The notes under the pieces: model-generated
The model's database searches: none
The model's input: the letters and a program-made list of their open reading frames with translations, nothing else
Told to the model about the DNA's origin: nothing
Position numbers and translations under genes: made by a program
Shown here: positions 28,867 through 38,266 of the stretch, one piece after another
How the letters are laid out: every line of letters starts with the position of its first letter
Position numbering within the stretch: the first letter of the stretch is position 1
Source: Patescibacteria group bacterium
Lineage (GTDB): Bacteria; Patescibacteriota; Minisyncoccia; Phycocordibacterales; JACOZG01
Assembly: GCA_038065495.1 (NCBI GenBank)
Contig: JBBTQW010000002.1
Coordinates: 81,321 to 145,320, forward strand
Reading direction: 5' to 3'
Length of the DNA stretch: 64,000 nucleotides

Positions 28867-30792
28867 ATGAAAATCGTCACAGTCATCCCCATTTCTCGAG
28901 GTATTTTTCGCGAATATCTCACTTATTTTACAGCGCAAGAAGTGGAAGCTGGCGACTTGGCAAAAATTGTGGTGAGAAACAAGGCAACTAGTGCTTTGAT
29001 CATCAAAACCGAATCACTAAGTAATTCTGCTTCCACAAAAAGCGAGCTAAGATCAGCCGAGTTTAAATTAAAAAAACTGGGTCTAGTTATTACTAAACAG
29101 TTTCTGGATAAGCAAGTAATTAACGCGGCACAAGAAACCGCTGATTATTACGCGAGTAGTCTGGGTGTGGTGCTAAAAAGTTTACTGCCGCAAGCTTTGC
29201 TCACGAATAACAAAACCCGCAAAAATAATAAAAAGACAGAAACAGAATTAGCTAAATCAGAAACAGGGAAAGCAGAGATCAAGACAGAAAAGTTAGCTTT
29301 GCAAGATAGCGACTTGGAAAGATTAACTTATTACAAAAGTCTGATCCGCGAGGAATTTGCCAAAAAGTGTTCGGTCCTGATCTGCTTTGCCAGCTTGGCA
29401 GAACTGATGAATGCGAAAAATATTCTCGAAAAAGGCATCAGCGCTTACACTGTAATTTTACACAGTCAGTTGAGTCCAAAAGTTTTCCTTGAGACTTGGC
29501 ACGAGGCTGTTACAAATAAACATCCAGTTTTGATCTTAACTACCGTTTCTGGCTTAACTCTGCCCCGCAACGATTTATCGACAATAATTCTAGAACGGGA
29601 AAGTGCGGCGGCTTATCGCGGTTTCGCCCGGCCATTTATTGATTATAGATACTTTGCCGAAAAGCTCGCGCAAGCGAAAAGTTTAAAATTAATTTTGGGT
29701 GATATTTTATTGCGACCAGAGACTGGTTATAGATTAGAAAATCGAGAAATTATGCCAGTGCAAGCGCCACGCGCGCGGCTGGCCAGCTTGAACGAAACAA
29801 AATTATTGAATGTGGCTGGCAGTGATATTTTGACCACAGAAGTAAAAAGTTTAATTGCTGAAACTAATCACAGCCACGAGAAAATTTTCTTGCTGGCGAA
29901 CAGACGCGGCTTAGCGCCACTGATTGTGTGCGACGACTGCGGCCAAGCCATGCTCTGCGGCAACTGCGGCGCGCCGGTAGTGCTCCATCAGGCAGAAAAA
30001 GCTCAACAAGGCATCAAAGAGACCACTATTTTCCGCTGTCACCAGTGCGGCGAGACTAGAACGTCAGAAGAAAAGTGCAAACACTGCCAGAGTTGGCGCT
30101 TGCGGGCGCTAGGTACAGGAATTGAGAAAGTGGCCGCAGAATTGAAGACACTAGCGCCACACCGCGCGATCTTCCAGCTCGATAGCGATCATATTAAGAC
30201 CTACAAACAAGCGAGTGACTTAATGACTAAATTTTATCAGAGCCAGAATGGCATACTGTTGGGGACAGAAATGGCGCTAAATTATTTAGCAGAAGCCGAA
30301 AAAGTAGCGCACAGTGTGGTAGTAACCGTTGACGCAATGCTCGCGCTACCAGACTTCCGCATTAGCGAGCGCGTCTTTACGCTCATCTCGCGCCTGCGTG
30401 CACTAACGAGCAAAACGCTCTTGATCCAGACCAGGCAGGAACAAAATGAAACACTAGCGCAAGCCGAGCGCGGCAATTTATTAGAATTTTACCGGAGCGA
30501 AATTGCTCTGCGTGAGAAATTAGTTTATCCGCCATTCTCGCTACTCATCAAGATCACACGCGAGGCAACGACAACCGAAAATCGTCAGATTTTTAAGCTC
30601 TTAGCGCAACGTTTAGAAAAATACGAGCCAGCGGTTTATCCGGCTCTGCACCAGCCCGGCAAGCACATCTCGCGTTTAAATTTATTACTCAAGTTAAAAA
30701 CAAGCAACTGGCCGGATGCTGAACTTGCGAACAAATTAAAAGCCTTGCCGCCAGACTTTGTTATCCATGTTGACCCAGAATCAGTTTTGTGA
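28867..30792 (+). CDS. priA: Primosomal protein N' (helicase motifs degenerate)
   Basis: NRRG followed by four CxxC pairs; G.GIEKV; LPDFR..ER; YPPF; ends VDP. Confidence 0.85.
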   Translation: MKIVTVIPISRGIFREYLTYFTAQEVEAGDLAKIVVRNKATSALIIKTESLSNSASTKSELRSAEFKLKKLGLVITKQFLDKQVINAAQETADYYASSLGVVLKSLLPQALLTNNKTRKNNKKTETELAKSETGKAEIKTEKLALQDSDLERLTYYKSLIREEFAKKCSVLICFASLAELMNAKNILEKGISAYTVILHSQLSPKVFLETWHEAVTNKHPVLILTTVSGLTLPRNDLSTIILERESAAAYRGFARPFIDYRYFAEKLAQAKSLKLILGDILLRPETGYRLENREIMPVQAPRARLASLNETKLLNVAGSDILTTEVKSLIAETNHSHEKIFLLANRRGLAPLIVCDDCGQAMLCGNCGAPVVLHQAEKAQQGIKETTIFRCHQCGETRTSEEKCKHCQSWRLRALGTGIEKVAAELKTLAPHRAIFQLDSDHIKTYKQASDLMTKFYQSQNGILLGTEMALNYLAEAEKVAHSVVVTVDAMLALPDFRISERVFTLISRLRALTSKTLLIQTRQEQNETLAQAERGNLLEFYRSEIALREKLVYPPFSLLIKITREATTTENRQIFKLLAQRLEKYEPAVYPALHQPGKHISRLNLLLKLKTSNWPDAELANKLKALPPDFVIHVDPESVL

Positions 30793-30821
30793 GATAATTA
30801 CGAAATAAAAATAAAGAAATT

Positions 30822-31340
30822 ATGCAAAAGATAGTCCAAAAAGATGCGGCAGTTTTGAGACAAATTGCTAAAGCGGTTACTAGACCAGAATTCAATTCGC
30901 CAGCGCTCAAGACGCTCTTGCGTGACATGAGCGCGAGTCTAGCACAGGAACCGGACGGCATCGCTCTCGCTGCGCCCCAGATCGGCGTGAGTAAGCGCGT
31001 CTTCATCGTCTCTCACAAAATTTCTGGCGAGAATAATGAGAAGACAGAAGTAAGGCCAGATCTCGTCTTCATCAATCCGGTGATTACTAAACTGTCAAAA
31101 AAGAAGAAGTTGCTCGAAGAAGGTTGTTTATCTGTCCGGCCAATCTATGGCGAAGTCGCCAGAGCTGAGAAAGCGAGCGTAGAAGCTTATGATGAAACCG
31201 GTCAGAAATTTACACGTCACGGTTCTGGCTTGCTCGCGCAGATTTTTCAACACGAAATCGATCACTTGAACGGGATTCTGTTTATTGATAAAGCTGAAAA
31301 CTTGCACGAAATCTTGCCAGAGGAACTAGAAAACAGCTAA
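30822..31340 (+). CDS. def: Peptide deformylase
   Basis: GIALAAPQIG, EGCLS and QHEIDHLNG motifs. Confidence 0.97.
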   Translation: MQKIVQKDAAVLRQIAKAVTRPEFNSPALKTLLRDMSASLAQEPDGIALAAPQIGVSKRVFIVSHKISGENNEKTEVRPDLVFINPVITKLSKKKKLLEEGCLSVRPIYGEVARAEKASVEAYDETGQKFTRHGSGLLAQIFQHEIDHLNGILFIDKAENLHEILPEELENS

Positions 31341-31355
31341 AAATAAAAATCTAAA

Positions 31356-32207
31356 ATGCTTAATTTTGCTTTCTTCGGCACAGATGAATTCGCGGTTGGA
31401 GTTCTAGAACAGTTGAAAAATAAAAATTTCCTGCCGAGTTTGATCATCACCACGCCAGATAAACCCAAAGGCCGGAAATTAGTGCTCACTCCCCCACCAG
31501 TCAAGATCTGGGCGGAAAATAATAAAATAAAATATTTACAACCAGAAAAATTAAAAGAGTTTAAATTAGAAAATAATTCAGAAAATAGTTTTGAAATTTT
31601 TGTCGTCGCTTCTTATGGCAAAATAATTCCCAAAAATATTCTAGATTTGCCAACGTTTGGCACGCTCAATCTTCATCCTTCACTGCTCCCGAAATATCGC
31701 GGACCCACGCCAATCCAAACGGCAATCTTAAATTCTGACAAAGAACCAGAAACTGGCATAAGCGTGATGCTCGTAGATGAAGAAGTCGATCACGGACCAG
31801 TGCTAGTAGCTGCTAGCTGTGAGCTTGGAGCGATGAGCTTTCTGAAACTTAGAGAAAAATTAGCCAAGCTCGGCGCGGACTTGCTTGCCGAGGTGATGCC
31901 AAAATGGACTGCCGGAGAAATAGAAGCGCAAGCACAAGATCACGCGCAAGCGACTTTCACAAAAAAGATAAATAAATCAGCTGGCGAAATAATTCTAGAC
32001 GAAAAAAATAGTGAAATAAACTACCGAAAATTTCTCGCCTACACGCCATGGCCGGGCATTTACTTCTTCGACCAGCAAAACAAGCGCGTGAAAATTACAG
32101 CTGCGAGTTTAGAAAACAATGTTTTTGTAATAAAAAAGGTCGTCCCGGAGGGACGACCTGAGATGCGTTGGGAGGATTGGGAGCGAGGATTAGCTAGAAA
32201 CTACTGA
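31356..32207 (+). CDS. fmt: Methionyl-tRNA formyltransferase
   Basis: FFGTDEFA, NLHPSLLPKYRGPTP and VDHGP motifs. Confidence 0.95.
   Translation: MLNFAFFGTDEFAVGVLEQLKNKNFLPSLIITTPDKPKGRKLVLTPPPVKIWAENNKIKYLQPEKLKEFKLENNSENSFEIFVVASYGKIIPKNILDLPTFGTLNLHPSLLPKYRGPTPIQTAILNSDKEPETGISVMLVDEEVDHGPVLVAASCELGAMSFLKLREKLAKLGADLLAEVMPKWTAGEIEAQAQDHAQATFTKKINKSAGEIILDEKNSEINYRKFLAYTPWPGIYFFDQQNKRVKITAASLENNVFVIKKVVPEGRPEMRWEDWERGLARNY
32132..32159 (-). terminator. Perfect 10-bp hairpin AGGTCGTCCC-GGA-GGGACGACCT inside the fmt coding sequence
   Basis: Followed by a U-tract on the minus strand, ~30 nt after the stop of the convergent gene. Confidence 0.6.
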
Positions 32208-32951
32208 ACGGGAACGCAAGTGCCCGAGGAGGCGGTCGCGATCCGTCCAATCGACGCAGAGCCTGCAGTCGCCCGAGGCATAGAGCACGAACGGCACACG
32301 GCCATCTGAGTAACGGGAACCGGCACAGAGAGTCCAGTTCTCGATGTCTAAATGCCTACCCGTCTCCCAGTGATAGAAGAGTTCCAGCAAGAGCCGCTCC
32401 AGCAGAGTCATGCCCAAATGGTCACGCGACTGAAGGTCATCAGCCGAGAGATTTTTATTCTCCTCATCGGCCTCCACTCGATCGCGGATCCAGATGGCGT
32501 AGTTCTGGGTGGGCTCACGGTCATTGTGGACAATTGCTCCGTTGAGATCCTCCGTCCAGCGCCAACTGGGGAAACTCTTGGCACAGATGCCGAAAACTTG
32601 ATTGCAATCCAAGCCCTTCAGCACCACCACGAGCCGGTAGAAACCCGCTCGCCTCAATGGCACTCGGAGCTTCTTGAACTCCGCCCGCAAAGTGCTCGAC
32701 TTGATGCCGAAGACGAGACGATAGAAGTTCTGCCAGCGCTCGAGCCACTTGTCCCGCGCCAGAATAGCCTTGACCGGCGCACTGGGATCAGATCTCGACT
32801 CCAGCTTCAGCCAGCAAGTCTCCTTGCGGAGAAACTTCTTGCCTTCGGCGAGCCACAGTTCGCCATCCTCGCCCGCCAATCTCTCTTCCAATTCCGCTCT
32901 CAGTCCCTGCACCGCAGAGAGTGGGAGCCTGCCGAGCATGTGCTTAGACAT
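32190..32951 (-). CDS. Hypothetical protein with a C-type-lectin-like, DGR-target-like C-terminus (solo cassette)
   Basis: SD AAGGAG; promoter TTGACA-18-TATAAT (33063-33034); C-terminus GSRYSDGRVP...LRSRSVVS. Confidence 0.75.
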   Translation of the reverse strand: MSKHMLGRLPLSAVQGLRAELEERLAGEDGELWLAEGKKFLRKETCWLKLESRSDPSAPVKAILARDKWLERWQNFYRLVFGIKSSTLRAEFKKLRVPLRRAGFYRLVVVLKGLDCNQVFGICAKSFPSWRWTEDLNGAIVHNDREPTQNYAIWIRDRVEADEENKNLSADDLQSRDHLGMTLLERLLLELFYHWETGRHLDIENWTLCAGSRYSDGRVPFVLYASGDCRLCVDWTDRDRLLGHLRSRSVVSS

Positions 32952-33067
32952 GGTCAGCTCCTTCCTTGTGAAAGGTCTAATCTCGGTCACTGCCGAGCCA
33001 GTTGTCCCGCAACACGCGAGGACCTCAACCCCCATTATACACCCAAGCGCTCCATTTTGTCAATCCC

Positions 33068-33721
33068 CTACTTAATTTCCACTTTTTCGATTTTCACATC
33101 TTCTAATGGATGCGCGTTTTCGTTCACTTTCACCTGTTCGATTTTATCGACAACTTCCATGCCGGCAATTACTCGCCCGAAGGGCGTGTGCTTGCCGTCC
33201 AGCCAGTCCGTGGCTGGCGCGGTGATGATGAAGAACTGCGAGCCGTTCGTATCTGGCCCGGCGTTCGCCATCGCGAGAATCCCACGCACTAATTTAGTAT
33301 CGTTACCGGCAAACTCATCGGCAAACTTGTAGCCCGGATCGCCCGTGCCGTGAATGGCAAAATTACTTGGTTGAGACTTAGTGAGTGGATCGCCACCTTG
33401 GATCATAAAAGTCTTAATAACTCTGTGGAATAAAGTGCCGTCATAAAAGTTACGTTTAGTTAACTTTAAGAAATTTTCAACCGTCTTGGGTGCTTTGTCG
33501 GCAAAAAGCTCAAGCGTAATATCGCCCAGATTGGTGTGGAGAATAACTTGTGGATTTGTGTTCATGTTAGTTTTAGTATCTTTAATTTTTTCTATTTTTT
33601 CTTGCTGTTCGGGTCTTTTGGGATCAGTGTGGCTTTTTTTATAGTTATAATTGTTGTACCAATTCCAAGCAAAGACCACGACAACAGCCAGAACAATTAC
33701 ACCCAAAATTTTGTTATTCAT
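33068..33721 (-). CDS. Cyclophilin-type peptidyl-prolyl isomerase with N-terminal TM
   Basis: APKTVENF, FHRVI..FMIQGGDP and MANAGPDTNGSQFFI motifs. Confidence 0.95.
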   Translation of the reverse strand: MNNKILGVIVLAVVVVFAWNWYNNYNYKKSHTDPKRPEQQEKIEKIKDTKTNMNTNPQVILHTNLGDITLELFADKAPKTVENFLKLTKRNFYDGTLFHRVIKTFMIQGGDPLTKSQPSNFAIHGTGDPGYKFADEFAGNDTKLVRGILAMANAGPDTNGSQFFIITAPATDWLDGKHTPFGRVIAGMEVVDKIEQVKVNENAHPLEDVKIEKVEIK

Positions 33722-33742
33722 AATTTTTTATAATTTTATTTC

Positions 33743-34123
33743 TTACTGTCTCTTCCACGGATTAATACTTCTTAACATGTTCTTGATTCTCCGCCCACCG
33801 CGGCGCAAGAGTGTGTGACGTTTGCCATGCCAACGTTTGATCTCGCTAATTATCTCGTCCTGCATTTCGTCAATCGCCGCGTACAGGTCGTCCTTATTAG
33901 CACTCGCGTGGAGACTCCGACCACTGAGTAGAATGGTTATTTCGGCCTTGAAAAAGTCGCCATTCTTATGATGTTGTGTGGTTTTGGCCAAGTTTACCTC
34001 CGCCCGGGCAATTGCTCGCTCAGACTCCGTAATAAACTTCTCGACGTGGGCCAATTTCTCATGCAAATAAGCCTCCAGCGCGTCTGTGAGCTCGAGGCCA
34101 GTCGTTTTGATATTTATATTCAT
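33743..34123 (-). CDS. raiA: Ribosome hibernation factor (RaiA/HPF)
   Basis: ELTDALEAY..EKL and DLYAAID motifs. Confidence 0.9.
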   Translation of the reverse strand: MNINIKTTGLELTDALEAYLHEKLAHVEKFITESERAIARAEVNLAKTTQHHKNGDFFKAEITILLSGRSLHASANKDDLYAAIDEMQDEIISEIKRWHGKRHTLLRRGGRRIKNMLRSINPWKRQ

Positions 34124-34611
34124 AAAGTTAGTATAACAAAAACCAGCGCTATCAGTAAAATTTGCAAAAACGGACCCAAGATCATTCTCTTATTTAGGCG
34201 CCAATCAGTGTGAATCCAAACATGGAACTTCTGCAACAATTTGAGTACTGGCCACTCTAATTTAAAATAAGCAAATTGCAGAAAGTCTGGCAAAACAGCA
34301 CCGATTAAGCCCCAAATCACCGCACTATTTAACTGCCAAGCTAAAAAATTAACAGCGAAAAGTAAAACTAGCAAGCCGAGCAATAAATCTAAAAATATTT
34401 TCGCGAGATCAAAAACGAAATCGCGATTAATGGCCATGCGCGGATCAAGCGGATTCTCCGGATCAAACTTGTGTGTCCGTAACGGATAATCCCAATGCGG
34501 GACTGCATCGAGCAAAAAGTGTGATAAAAAGCCGGAGAGAAAGGCTAGCGCCGGGTTGCTAATAACTTGCCCAAGTGCCGCGCCAGTAATAAGATGTGTG
34601 GCTAGAACCAT
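34120..34611 (-). CDS. Membrane-bound putative metal-dependent hydrolase
   Basis: TH, SHFLLDAVPH, LPD and FH..IH motifs; multiple TM segments. Confidence 0.65.
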   Translation of the reverse strand: MVLATHLITGAALGQVISNPALAFLSGFLSHFLLDAVPHWDYPLRTHKFDPENPLDPRMAINRDFVFDLAKIFLDLLLGLLVLLFAVNFLAWQLNSAVIWGLIGAVLPDFLQFAYFKLEWPVLKLLQKFHVWIHTDWRLNKRMILGPFLQILLIALVFVILTL

Positions 34612-34629
34612 GTTTTTGTTTTTAAAAAA

Positions 34630-35910
34630 TTATTTAAACTCCTGTTGACCAACTGGATTACAAACCGGGCAAGATTCTGACAAAACATGTGTCTCGCCGA
34701 AAGCGAGCAAAGCCTGACGAAATGGCAAAATGGAAATAAAATATCTAAAATCAGCTAGCCGACGAAATATCCAGCCCAAGTAGCCATAGAGCGTGAGGGA
34801 GCCAAGCACTGTCGCCGCCCAGTCCGGGCCAACGGGAATGGACGAAAACGGCACCTCCGGCCGATAAACCCGCACCGCCTGACCAAGTGCAAGCGCTTGG
34901 AAAGCCCGAGCCACGTGGGCGCCATCACGCGCCGCGGTGCTGGCCAGGCCACTGTACTTGGTGGCCGCGCAATCACCAACCACAAACACGTTTGGGATAC
35001 TACTGGTGCCATCCAGGGCAAGCATGGGCCGGAGCGCACCATCCACCAGCACGCGGCTTTTTTTATCAAAGCGTAAACCCGGGACACCAGCCAGCAAACT
35101 GTGAGTTTTGACACCAGCTGTCCAGATGATTGTCTTAGATCTAATCGTCATATCGCCAAGCTCAATACTGTTTACTTCTTCTCGCTTCAAGACTCTGTTT
35201 AAGAACACATTTACACCCAAGCCGTGCAAACGGGCTTTTACTCTCTCCGAAACTGGGGCTGGCAAAGCCGGCAACAATCTGGGTGCGGCTTCGATTAGAT
35301 CTACAGTCACGAGCGCCGGCTCCAAACCGTGCTTCTCGGCCAATCGCCGGCCATAGATCGCTAGCTCACCAGCCAGCTCCACGCCCGAGGCTCCACCGCC
35401 AACCACCACCAAGTGCGCGCCGCAGACTTTGTCATCGCCCGTCGCTGTGCCGGCCGCGCAACTCTGGAATAGCTCATGCAAATGTGATTTTAACTTTAAT
35501 GCTTCGGCAATAGATTTGAAACCAAACGAGAACTCCGGCAAGCCGCTGATACCAAAGTAACTCGTCTCACTGCCCAGCGCAATGACTAAATAATCAAAAC
35601 TGTAACGCGAACCGGATTGGCCGGTTAATATTTTCCCAGCTAAATCTATTTTATTAATCCGGTCGCCAATTATTTCTATTTTTTCTTTCTGTTTATTTTT
35701 CTGATCGCGATAAGGCGCAAAAATTTGTTCCAATGGCACGCACACTTCCAGCGGCGAGCGGCCGGTGACCACACGATACAGCGCCGCGTGATACTCAAAG
35801 TGCGGTTTGTCGCTAATTAGTTTTATCTCAAACTCTGGCAGATTTAACTTGGCTAAATTTAAGGCTGTACTCACACCGCCAAAACCGCCACCGAGAATCA
35901 CAATTTTCAT
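34630..35910 (-). CDS. NDH-2-like FAD/NAD(P)H oxidoreductase
   Basis: ILGGGFGG, VVGGGASGVELAGE, WTAGV and VGD motifs; start at MKIV. Confidence 0.88.
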   Translation of the reverse strand: MKIVILGGGFGGVSTALNLAKLNLPEFEIKLISDKPHFEYHAALYRVVTGRSPLEVCVPLEQIFAPYRDQKNKQKEKIEIIGDRINKIDLAGKILTGQSGSRYSFDYLVIALGSETSYFGISGLPEFSFGFKSIAEALKLKSHLHELFQSCAAGTATGDDKVCGAHLVVVGGGASGVELAGELAIYGRRLAEKHGLEPALVTVDLIEAAPRLLPALPAPVSERVKARLHGLGVNVFLNRVLKREEVNSIELGDMTIRSKTIIWTAGVKTHSLLAGVPGLRFDKKSRVLVDGALRPMLALDGTSSIPNVFVVGDCAATKYSGLASTAARDGAHVARAFQALALGQAVRVYRPEVPFSSIPVGPDWAATVLGSLTLYGYLGWIFRRLADFRYFISILPFRQALLAFGETHVLSESCPVCNPVGQQEFK

Positions 35911-35930
35911 TACATCTATTTTAGCATAAC

Positions 35931-35979
35931 AAAAGCCGTCTGCAGAAATATTTTTATGAGAAATACTGCGAGACGGCTT
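35931..35979 (-). terminator. Terminator-like hairpin of the 35990 cassette
   Basis: AAGCCGTCT...AGACGGCTT stem. Confidence 0.5.
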
Positions 35980-35989
35980 ATTGCACCCT

Positions 35990-36190
35990 TTAACCGCGCT
36001 GTCCATAAAGTCTCCTCCATGCTTCGCTAAATTTTCCACTCGCTGTGTTGTAGAGTTCTTGCCATTTGGTTTTATCCAACGGCAGTTTACTCACAACATG
36101 CGTAAGGCCATAGGCCCGACGCATAAACGTTTCTTCCACATCATCCAGATCTGCTAGTCTCACAACTTGCACAAACTTGGCTTCGTCCAT
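35990..36190 (-). CDS. Small hypothetical protein (solo cassette)
   Basis: Perfect SD AAAGGAGGTGAT upstream of the ATG. Confidence 0.65.
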   Translation of the reverse strand: MDEAKFVQVVRLADLDDVEETFMRRAYGLTHVVSKLPLDKTKWQELYNTASGKFSEAWRRLYGQRG

Positions 36191-36285
36191 TTTTCATCAC
36201 CTCCTTTCGGTGTTCAAGAAAAGTTCAAGAGACTAATTTTAGTCTAGCAAATTTAAACTATTCTAGCCAGCCAAAATCGATTTAC

Positions 36286-37149
36286 TTATTTGCGAGCGAC
36301 AAGCACAGATTGAGGATTAAAAACATCTCGTCTATCAGGAAAACCTAAAAATCGAGACTTCGTAACAGTAAATCCAGCTTCTTTTAAAATTTCGTTCCAA
36401 TCCTCAAGGGTTCGATAAGCAAAGGGCACAGGCATGGCTGTCCTCATACTAAATACTCGATTGGCAATCCAATCATTTACACCCACAACCTTGTGGCGTT
36501 CTACTGGATTTAATTTCATGAAATCTTCATACTGATTTTGCCCTAATTCTGGCGGTAAGATTTGAGAATAAGCATCTTCGAGAATGATCAACGTTGCGCC
36601 AGCATTTAGAACTTCATGCAAAGACTGCAAATATCTTTTTTGCTGATCATACTCCATATGATGCAAGACCCAAGTAATAGTGACGATGCCTGGTTTTTCT
36701 TTCGCCACAAAAGATAAAAAATCATTTTCTTGAACTACTTCGAATCTGGCCCCCTCTTTCTTTAGATTTTCCCATTCGGGATTCTGCTTAATATCGATAC
36801 CAACAATTTCACTGTTTGTACCACGATTGATTAAAAGTTTGATTAAAGTGCCAAGACCGCAACCCAAATCGAGAACTTTTCCACCATTCGGCACTTCAGA
36901 GACGATGTATTCAGAAAAATATTCGGGCACTAGCTCGCCAAAAAAGTGTTCCAGCTCAATTTTTCTCAATTCGTCTTTGTGTCTTTCAATAAAAACAGGC
37001 AAATCAAGTTTAGTAATATTTTCCAGAAATTCGCTAATTAACAACTGCGAGAAACCCAAACTGGTCATTGATTCATGTAAATTTCTTACGATAAAATCGC
37101 GCAACTTAGCGTCAGATAAAACGTCTCTGAGCAAATCATGATATTCCAT
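36286..37149 (-). CDS. Class I SAM-dependent methyltransferase
   Basis: VLDLGCGLG, GIDI and VLHH motifs. Confidence 0.88.
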   Translation of the reverse strand: MEYHDLLRDVLSDAKLRDFIVRNLHESMTSLGFSQLLISEFLENITKLDLPVFIERHKDELRKIELEHFFGELVPEYFSEYIVSEVPNGGKVLDLGCGLGTLIKLLINRGTNSEIVGIDIKQNPEWENLKKEGARFEVVQENDFLSFVAKEKPGIVTITWVLHHMEYDQQKRYLQSLHEVLNAGATLIILEDAYSQILPPELGQNQYEDFMKLNPVERHKVVGVNDWIANRVFSMRTAMPVPFAYRTLEDWNEILKEAGFTVTKSRFLGFPDRRDVFNPQSVLVARK

Positions 37150-37157
37150 AAGAGCAA

Positions 37158-38219
37158 CTATTTTCCTTCGGCAAACTTTTCAACAATCAGTCTCGCCTCT
37201 TGGTCAGTAGATTGTCGAAGTGGATGTTTGAAAAAGTAAGAACTCCACTCTTGATAACCAGAAAGCGAGCGATCTAGAGCCAACTTCATTGCTCTAATTG
37301 CGTCCACCATTACTCCGGCACTGTTCGGACTGTCTTCAACGCTTAACTTAGTTTCTATCTCAAACGGCACATCGCCAAATTGTCGCCCTCTAATATTAAT
37401 GTAAGCAATTTTATTGTCTTTAAGGTGTGGCACATAATCAACGTTACCAAGCTTGATCGCACCAATCTTTCCATGCCAAGCAACGGATTCTGTTTTTGAC
37501 TCGCGCTTAAACTGACACCGTTCCCCAGTCATCATGTTTTCGAAATCCGTGTTACCACCAATATCAAGCTGATAAGTATCGTCAACAGATTGTCCACGAT
37601 CAAGCACAAGTTGGGTCAAGGCGCGATGAACAATAGTCGCTCCTACTTGGCTCTTGATATCGTCTCCAGCACAAGGGATACCTGCTTCGGCAAAACGTTT
37701 CGACCACTTTTCATCGCTAGACACAAATACGGGAATCGCATTGATAAAAGCAATTTTATGTTCTAACGCTTTCTCCGCCCAGAAGTGAGTAGCCTTGATC
37801 GATCCGACTGGCAAATAACTTACCAATATCTCTGCGCCACTTTCCTTCAAAATAGAATCCACATCATTGGGTTGGCTTACAAGCGGAAACTTATCTTGCA
37901 TGTGAGTTGCAATACCATCAAGAATCGGTCCTGCAAATACCCTTACTCCCGTATTTGGAACCTCAGAAAATTTTGTAGTGCAATTTGGTTCAGCAAAAAT
38001 TGCTTCGCCGATATCTTTGCCAACCTTGTTGGCGTTAACATCAAAAGCAGCAACTATTTTGATATCTCTAATTAAGTAACCACCAAAATTATTTTTCATT
38101 AGTCCCACAACTGGCTCAGATTTTTCGTCCACATTTTTATAGTATTCAAGTCCCTGAATGAGAGAGCTTGCGCAGTTACCTAAACCAACGATAGCTACTT
38201 TTATTTTTTGATCTTTCAT
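37158..38219 (-). CDS. ino1: myo-inositol-1-phosphate synthase
   Basis: VGLGNCASSL.QG, YLPVGS, GDDIKSQVGAT, GGNTDF and DSPNSAG motifs. Confidence 0.94.
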   Translation of the reverse strand: MKDQKIKVAIVGLGNCASSLIQGLEYYKNVDEKSEPVVGLMKNNFGGYLIRDIKIVAAFDVNANKVGKDIGEAIFAEPNCTTKFSEVPNTGVRVFAGPILDGIATHMQDKFPLVSQPNDVDSILKESGAEILVSYLPVGSIKATHFWAEKALEHKIAFINAIPVFVSSDEKWSKRFAEAGIPCAGDDIKSQVGATIVHRALTQLVLDRGQSVDDTYQLDIGGNTDFENMMTGERCQFKRESKTESVAWHGKIGAIKLGNVDYVPHLKDNKIAYINIRGRQFGDVPFEIETKLSVEDSPNSAGVMVDAIRAMKLALDRSLSGYQEWSSYFFKHPLRQSTDQEARLIVEKFAEGK

Positions 38220-38266
38220 TATTTTTATAATAACAAAAAAAACTGCTTCACTAAAATATTCTAGCT

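Noticed and set aside
32352-33332. 326-aa plus-strand ORF
   Set aside because: Antisense to two better-supported genes; the GC-rich sequence explains the lack of stops.
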